Positions 20,830-30,746 of a stretch of DNA of 64,000 nt are shown one piece after another. The translations under genes were made by a program, and so were the position numbers. The stretch is taken from the NCBI GenBank assembly GCA_051532055.1, contig JAOPTX010000023.1, positions 80,450 through 144,449 on the forward strand, written 5' to 3'. How positions within the stretch are numbered: position 1 is the stretch's first letter; every line of letters begins with the position of its first letter. Origin of the DNA: Fibrobacterales bacterium. Its GTDB lineage: Bacteria > Fibrobacterota > Fibrobacteria > Fibrobacterales > JAOPTW01. Under the pieces are notes generated by a model. It was given only the letters and a program-made list of their open reading frames with translations. It did not search any database and was not told the DNA's origin.

Positions 20830-21969
20830 CTATTTCAAAAATTTTAATCGTTCTTCTGGTGTCACAAGAGAAACGACCCGTATTCCAAAATTTTCATCCA
20901 CGACCACTACTTCCCCTCGAGCGACCACTTTATCATTTATCAATAGATCAACAGGCTCTCCAGCAAATCGATCCATTTCTACTACTGAGCCCGGACCAAG
21001 TTCAAGTATTTTTCGTATACTCATATTGCACCGACCTAACTCGATAGTAATATCCAATGGGATATCAAGTAACATATCGAGAGCTCTATTACCTGTTGAT
21101 TCAAAAAGTGTTGCTGCGCCACTTGCAACTGCTGGGGCAGCCACTCCTGTATCCATTGGTTCGGGAGAAGCGTCAAGCCCCGCAAGACTTCCTTGTTCTT
21201 CTGTTGGGGCGAGCTCAAATCCATCTCCCCCACCTTTAACTTTTGCATAAAAGTTTTCAGAAAGCGATTGATCTGCTATTAAGAGCATTTCTGATTCCAA
21301 AATGCCTTCAACCGTATAACTCACGCGGCCTAATACTGACCCCGCAGAAACTAACACCTGATCCGAAACTGAATAATCTACCGTTTCCGCTTGACCAATG
21401 CTAATTTGAATATCAAAGTCACTACTTATTGAAGTATTGACCGAACCCATCACTTGATTGATTAATTCTGCAAGTGCCTCTTTATGATCCTCTTCGAATT
21501 CTGCACTTCCATCCCCCATCATCATGAGATCGGACATCACCGCGGTATCTTTTTGACTGTACACTAATCCAAGTTGACCAGATATATCGCCTTCAAACCC
21601 AACTGTAACAACAAGGTGTTTATCGGCAAAAGCCCCCCCAGCACTCTCATCAGAACATTCTACAACTTCCTCAATCTTGTATTCAACATTTTTATTGATG
21701 GCTGTAGAAATAACACCGGATGCTTGGTTTGTGACAATTTTAAAAAGAGGACGCAGTTCTTCAGGATCGATGAACGTATCACCACCATCACCACCATCAC
21801 TACCATCATCCCCGCCACCAAAATCCCCGCCATCCATACCGCCACCACCATCAGTGGGAACAGAAGCTACTGCTCCTGGATCTGCTACTACTTCGCCATT
21901 TTCTCCAAAGAGCCCCGAAGTGAGTGCATCGATATCTTCTTGACTGAGTAATCCATCATCACTCATCAC
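20830..21969 (-). CDS. fliY: Flagellar switch protein FliY (CheC-like plus FliN domains)
   Basis: N-terminal LLSQEDIDAL, CheC-type ALAELINQVMGS, C-terminal LLDIPLDITIELG..GEPVDLLINDKVVARGEVVVVDENFGIRV. Confidence 0.9.
   Translation of the reverse strand: MMSDDGLLSQEDIDALTSGLFGENGEVVADPGAVASVPTDGGGGMDGGDFGGGDDGSDGGDGGDTFIDPEELRPLFKIVTNQASGVISTAINKNVEYKIEEVVECSDESAGGAFADKHLVVTVGFEGDISGQLGLVYSQKDTAVMSDLMMMGDGSAEFEEDHKEALAELINQVMGSVNTSISSDFDIQISIGQAETVDYSVSDQVLVSAGSVLGRVSYTVEGILESEMLLIADQSLSENFYAKVKGGGDGFELAPTEEQGSLAGLDASPEPMDTGVAAPAVASGAATLFESTGNRALDMLLDIPLDITIELGRCNMSIRKILELGPGSVVEMDRFAGEPVDLLINDKVVARGEVVVVDENFGIRVVSLVTPEERLKFLK
21781..21852. repeat. Low-complexity CCA/CCATCA-type repeat encoding the Gly/Asp linker of FliY
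   Basis: accaccatcaccaccatcactaccatcatccccgccacca..., translating to DGGGGMDGGDFGGGDDGSDGGDGG. Confidence 0.7.
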
Positions 21970-23014
21970 TACCTACCTCTCTGTCGATTATGGATGTAAT
22001 TTGTATTGATTTTTTCCGTCCAACCACACCTGGCTTTCCAAGGAACTTCGGACGCCCTCCAACTGAGACTACCAAATCAGAGCCTGCAGATTTATCGAGA
22101 ACCAATACATCATTTTTTTCGAGCTGAAGGAAATCTCTCACACTCAGTGAGGTATCTCCAATAGAAGCAGCAACACCGACAGTTGTATCGCCAAGCTCTT
22201 TTTCTACAAGTCGACGCGTCTCTTGCGTCGTTGTTTTTTGTGCTGATATCCAGGATTCCCCAGATAATTTTTCTAAAATAGATTCAAGTAATATAAAGGG
22301 GAAACAGAGACTCATTAGCCCCGAACCATTTTTCATCCTAACTTCCAAGGCAATCAAAATAACTGTTTCACCAGGAGGTGCAATTTGAACAAACTGAGGG
22401 TTTGTTTCATAACTATCAATTTTTGGAGAGAAAATACCAATATTTTCCCACACTTCTTTTAAATCGAGTAATGCTCGTTCAATTATTTTGGTAATTACCG
22501 ATCGTTCTATATCGGTAAGCTCGCGAGTAGTATCAATGGTTCGTCCCTGACCACCAAAAAGCCGATCAAGCATAATGAAAATAAGACTTGGATTCACTTC
22601 AAGAATAGCATTCCCCTCAAGTGGCTCCATCTGAAAAATGTATATACATGATGGTGTCGAAATAGACATTATCACTTCTTGATAAGTCAATTGGTCAACT
22701 GAACTCAGTTCAATTTCAACTAGCGTTCTTAAAAATGAAGTTAACGTTGTAGAGAGAAGACGTGCATATCCTTCATGAAGATTCTGTAAGGTTCGAACTT
22801 GATCTTTTGAAACACGGTCTGGACGTTTAAAGTCGTAGAGCGCAACAGCACGCTGCTCTTCTTCTTCATAATCAGAGTAATCAGGAGAAAAGACCGGACC
22901 GGCATCAGAAGGGGTAGCAGAAAGTTCCGCTGACCCATCGTCCTCGGCCATATCTCCACCAGACACTGCTGAGAGAAGGGCATCTACTTCTTCTTGTGAT
23001 AAAATATCACTCAT
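21959..23014 (-). CDS. fliM: Flagellar motor switch protein FliM
   Basis: MSDILSQEEVDALL, YDFKRPDRVSKDQ, RELTDIE, ETNPQFVQI. Confidence 0.97.
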   Translation of the reverse strand: MSDILSQEEVDALLSAVSGGDMAEDDGSAELSATPSDAGPVFSPDYSDYEEEEQRAVALYDFKRPDRVSKDQVRTLQNLHEGYARLLSTTLTSFLRTLVEIELSSVDQLTYQEVIMSISTPSCIYIFQMEPLEGNAILEVNPSLIFIMLDRLFGGQGRTIDTTRELTDIERSVITKIIERALLDLKEVWENIGIFSPKIDSYETNPQFVQIAPPGETVILIALEVRMKNGSGLMSLCFPFILLESILEKLSGESWISAQKTTTQETRRLVEKELGDTTVGVAASIGDTSLSVRDFLQLEKNDVLVLDKSAGSDLVVSVGGRPKFLGKPGVVGRKKSIQITSIIDREVGSDE

Positions 23015-23035
23015 TCTTCCTTACCTTTTATCTAC

Positions 23036-23587
23036 TTACTGTATTACAAATTCATCAAAATAGCAGGAACGAATTTGACCTGCCGCTTCAGGCAACATCA
23101 AATTTATATCGTTGGTTATCTCATTTCTAATTTTTTGTTTACCCTCTTTCGAAGTAAGCTCCACTAATGGAATTTCACTCAAAATTGTGATAATTCTATC
23201 TTTAATTCTCGGCATCCTTTCATCAATAGCTGCCGGAACCATGGGATATTGCGCCATATCAAACTCAACTTGTACTGCTGTTTTAAGATACCGCGTACCA
23301 TCAGTTCCTGCAATATTCACCGTTACTGCAATTGAAGATTCCAAACGCGCTCCTGCTTGGGTCGACTTCTCTTTTGCAGCCCTTTCTTCATCTTCCTGCT
23401 GTGCCATTTGTTCCGCAACAAGATCTGGAGCTGGCCCCAGTTGGAGTACATTTATGACAACAACAGATATCCCTACCATAAATGCCATGTTGAGAAACAT
23501 AATCAGAATAATCATCACCAGATTAGACTTCTTTTTTTCTTCAATCGGCTCTGCCGCTCCAGCTACTTCATTATCTTCATCAGCCAT
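23036..23587 (-). CDS. fliL: Flagellar basal body-associated protein FliL
   Basis: KKK plus TM, VNIA...RYLK, PRIKDRII.ILS, GKQKIRNEI, YFDEFVIQ. Confidence 0.93.
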   Translation of the reverse strand: MADEDNEVAGAAEPIEEKKKSNLVMIILIMFLNMAFMVGISVVVINVLQLGPAPDLVAEQMAQQEDEERAAKEKSTQAGARLESSIAVTVNIAGTDGTRYLKTAVQVEFDMAQYPMVPAAIDERMPRIKDRIITILSEIPLVELTSKEGKQKIRNEITNDINLMLPEAAGQIRSCYFDEFVIQ

Positions 23588-23633
23588 CTTGTTTCCTTAG
23601 CGTCTTAAAGTGTTCATCATGTATACGCTTCAA

Positions 23634-24359
23634 TTACTTTTCTATATAATCGACAAATATCTCTATTCTTCTATTCTCAGCTCTGTTTTTATTGTTTGTA
23701 TTTGGGACAAGAGGCCTAAACTCTCCATACCCAACAGCACTCATATTTTGACTAATCTCTTCTGTCTTCACACCAGAGTATTGCGCCAAAAGCTTGAGAA
23801 CACTCAATGATCGAGCTGTTGAGAGTTCCCAGTTAGAGTCATACTTTACTGTATGTATCGGCACATCATCCGTATGACCTTCAACTCTAATTTTCAAATC
23901 AGGCTTGTTTTTTAATATTTGTCCAATATCAGCCAATATTTCTTGACCTTTCGCCTTTAAATCTGCATTTCCCGAGGAAAATGCCACCGGGTCTTTTAAT
24001 TTTATAGCGATGCCTGTTTCAGTCATTTTTACTTTAACCGCATCATCCATATTTTTTGTTTCTATGACATCTTCAACTTTTTTTGCGTCTTCCAATGCCT
24101 GCTTTCGCTTTGACTCATCACCACTGTGCTTAGGAATTTGCACCACCGGCATGATCGCAACTGTAGGATAACTATCAAGCACTCCAAAAGAGCCCTGTAT
24201 TGTCTGCATGGTCATTGCATATTTTGTTGGCTCAAATGTCGCCATAGAGAGAAGCATCACAAAAAAGGTGAGTAACAGTGACATCATGTCACCAAAGGTC
24301 ATCATATAGGCCGGAGCCCCTTTGACACACTCTTCACATTTTGGACACTCTTCAGCCAT
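23634..24359 (-). CDS. motB: Flagellar stator B subunit (PomB/MotS-like)
   Basis: TM TFGDMMSLLLTFFVMLLSM. OmpA-like domain EGHTDD, SNWELSTAR, AENRRIEI. Confidence 0.95.
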   Translation of the reverse strand: MAEECPKCEECVKGAPAYMMTFGDMMSLLLTFFVMLLSMATFEPTKYAMTMQTIQGSFGVLDSYPTVAIMPVVQIPKHSGDESKRKQALEDAKKVEDVIETKNMDDAVKVKMTETGIAIKLKDPVAFSSGNADLKAKGQEILADIGQILKNKPDLKIRVEGHTDDVPIHTVKYDSNWELSTARSLSVLKLLAQYSGVKTEEISQNMSAVGYGEFRPLVPNTNNKNRAENRRIEIFVDYIEK

Positions 24360-25157
24360 TTACTCTTCCTTGTTGAGTTCCATGCGAGTTATTGGATCGA
24401 GAAATGAGCCAAGTTTCATTTCAACAGTACGCGGGTTATCTCCCGATTGGATTGACATAATCCCCTCTAACATTAAGCTTTTCAATAACATCTCATTTGC
24501 CGAATAAAATTTTAACTTAGTCGAAAGTGGTGTAAAAAATAGATTTGCTACAATCGAACCATAGAGCGTTGTCAAAAGTGCAACCGCCATCGCAGGACCA
24601 ATCGCCGTAACATCTGACATGTTTGCAAGCATCAATACCAACCCAATAAGCGTTCCCACCATTCCAAATGCCGGAGCCAAATCTGCAACAGTAGCTACTT
24701 TATCTGCATTTTTTTTATGACGCTCTTCAATAAAGTTTAACTCTGTTACCAATATACTCCTTAGGAGCTCCGCATCAGTACCATCCACCGCAAGCTGAAT
24801 ACCCTTCTTCAAAAATTCATCTTCAATCTCATCTGTACGAGACTCAAGCGCCAACAACCCTTCCTTACGCGCCTGCTCCGCAAATGAGACCAACGTTTTA
24901 ATAGTCTCAATAAATGCTATTGGCTGGACTATAATCGCATTTTTGATAACTGATATCATTGCAACGATTTGACTCGGTGGGTACGATATAAACATGGCAC
25001 TAAATGCACCACCGATTACAATCGCAAACGAAGGTATATCGATAAACATACCAATACGCGCTGGGCCAATACCCAATACAATTATGAGGAGCAGACCGGA
25101 AATCATCCCGCCTATAGTACCCAAATCCATCTTATTCCCCTGCTTAGTTCGTTCCAA
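24360..25157 (-). CDS. motA: Flagellar stator A subunit (PomA/MotP-like)
   Basis: ARKEGLLALE, FLKKGIQLAVDG, APAFGMVGTLIGLV, GPAMAVALLTTLYG. The likely start is MDLGT at 25130. Confidence 0.95.
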   Translation of the reverse strand: MERTKQGNKMDLGTIGGMISGLLLIIVLGIGPARIGMFIDIPSFAIVIGGAFSAMFISYPPSQIVAMISVIKNAIIVQPIAFIETIKTLVSFAEQARKEGLLALESRTDEIEDEFLKKGIQLAVDGTDAELLRSILVTELNFIEERHKKNADKVATVADLAPAFGMVGTLIGLVLMLANMSDVTAIGPAMAVALLTTLYGSIVANLFFTPLSTKLKFYSANEMLLKSLMLEGIMSIQSGDNPRTVEMKLGSFLDPITRMELNKEE

Positions 25158-25191
25158 TCACCTGTTTAAAATATAACCTAGTTTGGAATTG

Positions 25192-25221
25192 GCCCTCCTT
25201 GAAATCTCACTCAAGGAGGGC
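25192..25221. other. Strong stem-loop between flgE and motA
   Basis: GCCCTCCTTGA-N8-TCAAGGAGGGC, a perfect 11-bp stem with no U-tract on the minus strand. Confidence 0.7.
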
Positions 25222-25236
25222 TATTTCAGACTATTT

Positions 25237-27471
25237 CTATCGTTTTAGCTGTATGAGTTCTTCCATCATTTTATCTGACACTGTAATTATTCTTGAGTTT
25301 GCCTGAAAACCACGCTGAGTTGTAATCATCGACGTAAATTCAGCTGCCAAATCAACATTTGATCCTTCAAGAGCACCGGGACGTAGTTTTGATTTTGACT
25401 GCAGGCCTGGTATACCCGAAATTGGATCACCCGAGTTTGAACTCACTGTAAAGACGGAGTCACTCAACTTTAGAAGTCCACCTGGATTGGTAAATTCTGT
25501 CACCATTACCCGTGCAAGAGCCCGTGATGTACCGTTAGTAAAACTTCCCGATACCATTCCATATTCATCAATACTGATATCAGTCAATGACCCAGTACCA
25601 TATCCATTTTGACCAACAGCAGACGCTGATGTTTGAGCTTCAAACTGAGTCAACCCTTGAAAATCACCTGGTCCACCCATATCTAGGTTTACCGTCATCT
25701 GATTCGAACCATTATTAGGGTCCATTATGAGCCCCGAGCTACTATCAGTAAAGATAAATGCACCAACTGACCCATCTTGAGCAAAGGAGAGTGTACCTGA
25801 ATCACCGCCAAGGATTCGTTCATCACCAGAGGCCGTTACTTTCCAAAGCCATTCACCAGGCACACCTGTATGAGTGAACGTAGTAGTCAATACATGCTCC
25901 GCACCACTTTCATCATATACTGAGATCGACGTATCGAATACTCCTGTATCTCGTGCCGCCTGAAACTCTTCTGACGCCATATTCGCATTAAAAAGTTTTG
26001 GTGTAGGGTTCTGATTATTTGAATTATTTGCGGTAACATTAATATTTTCTAAGGCAAAGTCAGCTCCCTTCACCCCACGTATTACAATGGTCCCATCATT
26101 AATCTGATCGTTACTATCTGCACCATTAATGGTTACTGTTTGATTTTCAGCCACAGTACCATCAGTAAACGGGAGCTTTAATCCATCTTTAATACTATCC
26201 ATCAAGTTTTGTATGGTCGTGGTTGCCGCCGAATAGTTCAGCATTGATGGCGTAGAAGACTCTCCACCAACGGTACCATTTACACTTATGGTATCACCTG
26301 TTTCTAACCCAAGAGCATCACCATGAGTATCATAGAGTTGTGACATAAGGTCAGTCGCTTCAGCAGGGTATCTAAATGAATCAGAAAGCCCTGTATTACC
26401 TACAGCAATAGTCGCTGGGAAATTAAATGCCTTACGGATCATTGAGTCCGATATTGGCCGGTCTGAACTTACCTGAAATCCAACCAATGCCTGAACACCA
26501 GCGGTATTATCAACGGTAACTGAACCTCGATTGACACTACCAGGTCCATCATCAATACCCGCTTGAGTGCCCGGATAACCTTGACCATTAAACCAGTTAT
26601 TTATTGCGGTGAGCATTTCATCTACTGTACCTGCTGTGGCATTGGTACCAGTAATAATTGCACCCGCTGTTGTTGACGGGTCGACAATTGTTATTTCAAG
26701 AGGAGTCAGAGGGAGGCCAGCAGCATCAACTGCTTCATAGGTTAATACATCACCTGGTTCAATTCCTAAATCTCTTCCTTTACTATCATAAAGTGCGGTT
26801 AACCAATCAGATGAAACCTTTGGCGGCACCAAGGCACCAGTACCTGCAGGGTCTGCAAAACCACCCGCAGTACTTGGTTGTGCAAATTGTAAAAACCTAT
26901 TCGTATACACAACAGACCCTTTTGCGCCAGAGTCAGAGTTTAGATTCCTCGAATACTTTACAGTATCAGTCTCTTTTGCAGGAGCCTGTTCATTAAAAGG
27001 AATAGTGATATTCCCTTCTACAGAACCTGAAGGGAATTCTCCTACTTCATTTGCCATAACACCCTGGAGTACGTATCCATTTGTAGGGAGCACCATCTTA
27101 CCATCAGAGTCTAACTGAAAAGAACCATTACGAGTAAAAAAGTTTCCTTCCCCATTACTGACAGCAAAATACCCTTTCCCTTCAATAGCAAGGTCAGTAA
27201 TTTGACCTGTTGAAAGCATATTACCTTGACTCAACTTAGTATCAATTGACCCTACAGAGGTACCAAGTCCTACTTGCATTGGATTCGTCCCACCACCGTT
27301 TCCTGGGGGACGTGACGAGCCTTCAAGGAGCTGTGCAAATGATTCTTCAAATGTCACTCGTGTTGATTTATATCCTACCGTATTAACATTTGCAATGTTA
27401 TTACCGATAACGTCCAACTGCACCTGATGGGTGTGCAGACCTGATATTCCGGAATATAATGATCTTAACAT
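25237..27471 (-). CDS. flgE: Flagellar hook protein FlgE, long form (744 aa)
   Basis: MLRSLYSGISGL..DVIGNNIANVNTVGYK, TDLAIEGKGYF, TRNGSF, LEGSNVDLAAEFTSMITTQRGFQANSR. Follows flgD. Confidence 0.96.
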   Translation of the reverse strand: MLRSLYSGISGLHTHQVQLDVIGNNIANVNTVGYKSTRVTFEESFAQLLEGSSRPPGNGGGTNPMQVGLGTSVGSIDTKLSQGNMLSTGQITDLAIEGKGYFAVSNGEGNFFTRNGSFQLDSDGKMVLPTNGYVLQGVMANEVGEFPSGSVEGNITIPFNEQAPAKETDTVKYSRNLNSDSGAKGSVVYTNRFLQFAQPSTAGGFADPAGTGALVPPKVSSDWLTALYDSKGRDLGIEPGDVLTYEAVDAAGLPLTPLEITIVDPSTTAGAIITGTNATAGTVDEMLTAINNWFNGQGYPGTQAGIDDGPGSVNRGSVTVDNTAGVQALVGFQVSSDRPISDSMIRKAFNFPATIAVGNTGLSDSFRYPAEATDLMSQLYDTHGDALGLETGDTISVNGTVGGESSTPSMLNYSAATTTIQNLMDSIKDGLKLPFTDGTVAENQTVTINGADSNDQINDGTIVIRGVKGADFALENINVTANNSNNQNPTPKLFNANMASEEFQAARDTGVFDTSISVYDESGAEHVLTTTFTHTGVPGEWLWKVTASGDERILGGDSGTLSFAQDGSVGAFIFTDSSSGLIMDPNNGSNQMTVNLDMGGPGDFQGLTQFEAQTSASAVGQNGYGTGSLTDISIDEYGMVSGSFTNGTSRALARVMVTEFTNPGGLLKLSDSVFTVSSNSGDPISGIPGLQSKSKLRPGALEGSNVDLAAEFTSMITTQRGFQANSRIITVSDKMMEELIQLKR

Positions 27472-27485
27472 ATCTACTCCCTCCC

Positions 27486-28268
27486 TTAGTTTGTCACTTG
27501 TTTAATGTCTGAAAGTTTATAACTCTTTGAACCGAGCAGTATCTCTGCTCCACCACTCGCATAATTAACACCGGTTACGGTCTCTTTGTTATACGCATAC
27601 CCTGCATCTGCGGGGCCATTTTTAGATTTCTTAATTTCAAAGGTGTAGTTACCCGTTTTTAATGGTTCCCCATTCGTATCAAGCTCTGGCCAAGGCACTT
27701 CCGCTTCACTCTCTGTATCAATTCTATCTATTTGAGTATAATAGACCTCGTTGCCTACTTCATCAAGTATAGAGAGGAATGATTCACCGGGAGAGTTAAG
27801 ATGTACTTTTAACGGATCATTTTTACCGTTATAATAATCTTTATCAATTTCAACTACTGCCTTTTTGCCAAGCATAGAAGTGGCCGACGCGTTGGCTACC
27901 GATTGGGTTGCTTGATTTTGTGTCCCTACAAATTCTCCCAAGGCATTTGCCATATCAGTAATTGAACTTTCTGAATTTTGGCTCGACTCTAACTGAGAGA
28001 ACTGTGCGAGCTGTGCTACAAATTCTTCATTTTCTTGCGGAGAAAGAGGATCCTGATATTTTAACTGTGTCGTAAGAAGAGTCAAAAAATCCATTTTACC
28101 AAGTTTTCCATCATCTTTACTAAAGAGACTCGCATCACCCTCATCTTCTATAGTAGAACCTTCATCTTTATTATACGACACCTTACGCACACCACTGCCT
28201 TCAACCCCATTAATGTTGTTGATCCATTCTTGCTGTGCTGCACTATTATCTATTCCCGAAACCGCCAT
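27486..28268 (-). CDS. flgD: Hook capping protein FlgD
   Basis: LGKMDFLTLLTTQLKYQDPLSP..EFVAQLAQFSQLE. Confidence 0.96.
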   Translation of the reverse strand: MAVSGIDNSAAQQEWINNINGVEGSGVRKVSYNKDEGSTIEDEGDASLFSKDDGKLGKMDFLTLLTTQLKYQDPLSPQENEEFVAQLAQFSQLESSQNSESSITDMANALGEFVGTQNQATQSVANASATSMLGKKAVVEIDKDYYNGKNDPLKVHLNSPGESFLSILDEVGNEVYYTQIDRIDTESEAEVPWPELDTNGEPLKTGNYTFEIKKSKNGPADAGYAYNKETVTGVNYASGGAEILLGSKSYKLSDIKQVTN

Positions 28269-28285
28269 AGTATCTCCTCATTGGA

Positions 28286-30025
28286 CTACGCCAAATACTC
28301 CATAGTATTATATCCAAGGCGCCGACCAGTTTCTGCACCGTCTTTTTCAACATCTACTTCGAGAGTTACACTATTTTTAACCCTCTTATTACCTTTAAAT
28401 CGATTCTGTTCTTCCTCTCGATCTTTTAAATTTGCAAACTCACTCTCTTTTCTCACTTCAACATCAACATCATCAATAGTGATTCCCTGAAGATTCAATG
28501 ATTCTTTGAGTTGTCCCACACTTCCTTCTATTGTTTGACGCGCCCCTTCAGTTTCAACTTTTAAGCTGAGCTTCATTTTAGAATCTTCCATCTGTATATC
28601 AATATTAACACGACCTAAATGCTCTGGCTTTAGCTGCATACTCATCGAAGTTTTTCCGCTATCAATAAGGAGAGTTACATTCTTTACAACTTGTTTTACC
28701 ACATGGGTTTGTTGCGCACCTCTCCCTTGAGCAACTTCTTTTGTTTTTTCAACAATTATTTTTTCACCATTCACTTTCACTGTATGTTCAACATTTACAG
28801 ATTCAGATGTTTTAAACTCACCACCTTTCACTTGCGTTTGTTGACCAACCCCTTGATTACCTTTATCAACTACCGTACTTTTTGGGGATTGTTTTTTTTG
28901 AGAATCCCCCTGACTAGAATTTTGCTGAAAGAATTCATTTTTTTGTTCTCCTGCTTGTTTCTCTTGAGTCCCCGTAATACCCTGTTGACGACCTGTATCT
29001 TGTTTTTCTGTTCCAGTAGTAGGGCGTTGATCTATTCCCTCTGTTTTAAGTGACCCTTGCCGCGTTTGCTGTTCAGTCTGCTTGGCTGGCTCTCTATGAA
29101 ACATCTCTTTCAATTTATCCATAAGCGGAGATTTAGTATCTATTTTCTCATCTTTCACCGGTGTCAAAAATGAATCATCTTTGAGAGAGCGAAGTTCTGC
29201 ACGTTTATTATCAAAAAGTGCCACTTTCTTTGTATTAATCTCTAATTGTTCAATTGTAGTAGCTATTTTCTGAGTTACTTTTTTAGGAATTTCACCAAGG
29301 TATGAGACCTCTTTTTTACCACTAATGTCAAATGCCATCAAATTGCGCGGCGCGACTTCAAAAGGAATATCAAGTTCTGTTAAACTATGCAATAATTCAT
29401 TTAACTGTACTGCATCTCCTGGGCTCTCTTTTGTAAGGGTTTGGAGCGCTTTTTTTAAATCGGTTAATTTCTCAGGTGTCAGTGCTTTAGGATCAACCGT
29501 CACACCAAAATCTTTTAGAAGTGAAACAACTTCTTTTTTGCCCTGCTGTAGCGCTTCTTTAATAGACCCAATTGCTTTTTCAACCTCTTTCAATCTCGTG
29601 TTTATTATAGTATTTTCTTCAGAAGGTTGTTCAACCTGCCCCTGATCAGTAGCATCACTGCCCCTTTCATCTTCTCTATCAGTAGATTTCTGAGCGTAGT
29701 CCACTTCATGACCTGTATTTTCATTATTATGTGAATCTGACTCAATTAAGTATTCTCGATTCTCTTCTGCAGAGTATTTCGATGTACTCTCCTCCGGCAT
29801 TGACTGTTTCTCTTGAGACTGTTGATACTCATCTGATTCATATACATTATAGAGTTCATTCTCAAATGAGTGCGATGGCTCTGGTGTTGAAAGAGTTTCA
29901 GGAACAAATTCTTTTTGCTGATCACCACTGGGCACTGAACCAGCACTAATCGCACTAATATCTGCACTCCCCATTGACTGTCGGGGCATTATTCGCTCAC
30001 TAAAGAGTTGTGTTAATTTTATCAT
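28286..30025 (-). CDS. fliK: Hook-length control protein FliK
   Basis: Long low-complexity N-terminal region and C-terminal MQLKPEHLGRVNI..LKESL..QGI domain. Upstream of flgD. Confidence 0.9.
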   Translation of the reverse strand: MIKLTQLFSERIMPRQSMGSADISAISAGSVPSGDQQKEFVPETLSTPEPSHSFENELYNVYESDEYQQSQEKQSMPEESTSKYSAEENREYLIESDSHNNENTGHEVDYAQKSTDREDERGSDATDQGQVEQPSEENTIINTRLKEVEKAIGSIKEALQQGKKEVVSLLKDFGVTVDPKALTPEKLTDLKKALQTLTKESPGDAVQLNELLHSLTELDIPFEVAPRNLMAFDISGKKEVSYLGEIPKKVTQKIATTIEQLEINTKKVALFDNKRAELRSLKDDSFLTPVKDEKIDTKSPLMDKLKEMFHREPAKQTEQQTRQGSLKTEGIDQRPTTGTEKQDTGRQQGITGTQEKQAGEQKNEFFQQNSSQGDSQKKQSPKSTVVDKGNQGVGQQTQVKGGEFKTSESVNVEHTVKVNGEKIIVEKTKEVAQGRGAQQTHVVKQVVKNVTLLIDSGKTSMSMQLKPEHLGRVNIDIQMEDSKMKLSLKVETEGARQTIEGSVGQLKESLNLQGITIDDVDVEVRKESEFANLKDREEEQNRFKGNKRVKNSVTLEVDVEKDGAETGRRLGYNTMEYLA

Positions 30026-30029
30026 ATCA

Positions 30030-30638
30030 CTACCTCAAAGTACCGTCGTTTTTCCAACCAAGCTTTTTAGTAATGACCGCTGCTCGCTCATTACTCATAG
30101 CCCCAAGTGCGGCCATCAACTTAGCTTGTGATCGCACTTCTGGAATGCGTTTCACAATACCGACAATATCATCATCTTTCAAACTGAGTAAAATAGGTGC
30201 TGCTTCTGTTGGCTTCATATTGCCATATACCTGTGCAAGTGCGTCAAGCCGTTCATCACTCAACTCTTTTGACTCGCCAACGAGTTTTTCAATTCTATCT
30301 CTATGCTGTCCAATTTCTTTTTTTAAAACATCGTTTTCCATTTTAATATTCTCAAGACGTTCAATCTCTTCTTGGAGTCGAGTTTCTCTTAACTCAAGGT
30401 TTTTATCACGGAGCTTAATTGCTTCAAAAAGTTTACTCTGTTCAGAGTCACTGGAATCTTGTTTCGGGTGATAGGTTTCAAGAAATTGCACGAGACCATC
30501 TTTGCCAGCACTACCCTCACCCATCTCGATATGAATAGTACCGGTAGCTAGGAGAACCACTACAAATACCACAGGAAATAGAAAGAGTGACGCTATTCCC
30601 GCTGTAATGACATCTTTTAACCGTACCTTCATCTTCAA
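30030..30638 (-). CDS. MotE/FlbB-like flagellar protein (TM, coiled coil, MgtE_N-like domain)
   Basis: LAQVYGNMKPTEAAPILLSL...AKLMAAL..ERAAVIT. First gene of the cluster, upstream of fliK. Confidence 0.8.
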   Translation of the reverse strand: MKMKVRLKDVITAGIASLFLFPVVFVVVLLATGTIHIEMGEGSAGKDGLVQFLETYHPKQDSSDSEQSKLFEAIKLRDKNLELRETRLQEEIERLENIKMENDVLKKEIGQHRDRIEKLVGESKELSDERLDALAQVYGNMKPTEAAPILLSLKDDDIVGIVKRIPEVRSQAKLMAALGAMSNERAAVITKKLGWKNDGTLR

Positions 30639-30669
30639 ACCATTTTATAGTTTATCTACTGAAGTATAA

Positions 30670-30686
30670 AGCGATTAACGTGCCAA
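30670..30686 (-). promoter_or_regulatory. Sigma54 (-24/-12) promoter of the flagellar cluster
   Basis: Minus strand TTGGCACGTTAATCGCT: TGGCACG with exact GG-N10-GC spacing, about 30 nt upstream of the first gene. Confidence 0.85.
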
Positions 30687-30746
30687 TTAAAAAACAGGGA
30701 TTTTACCCAAATTCAGACCTAAATTTGAAGTAAAAGATGAAGTTAC

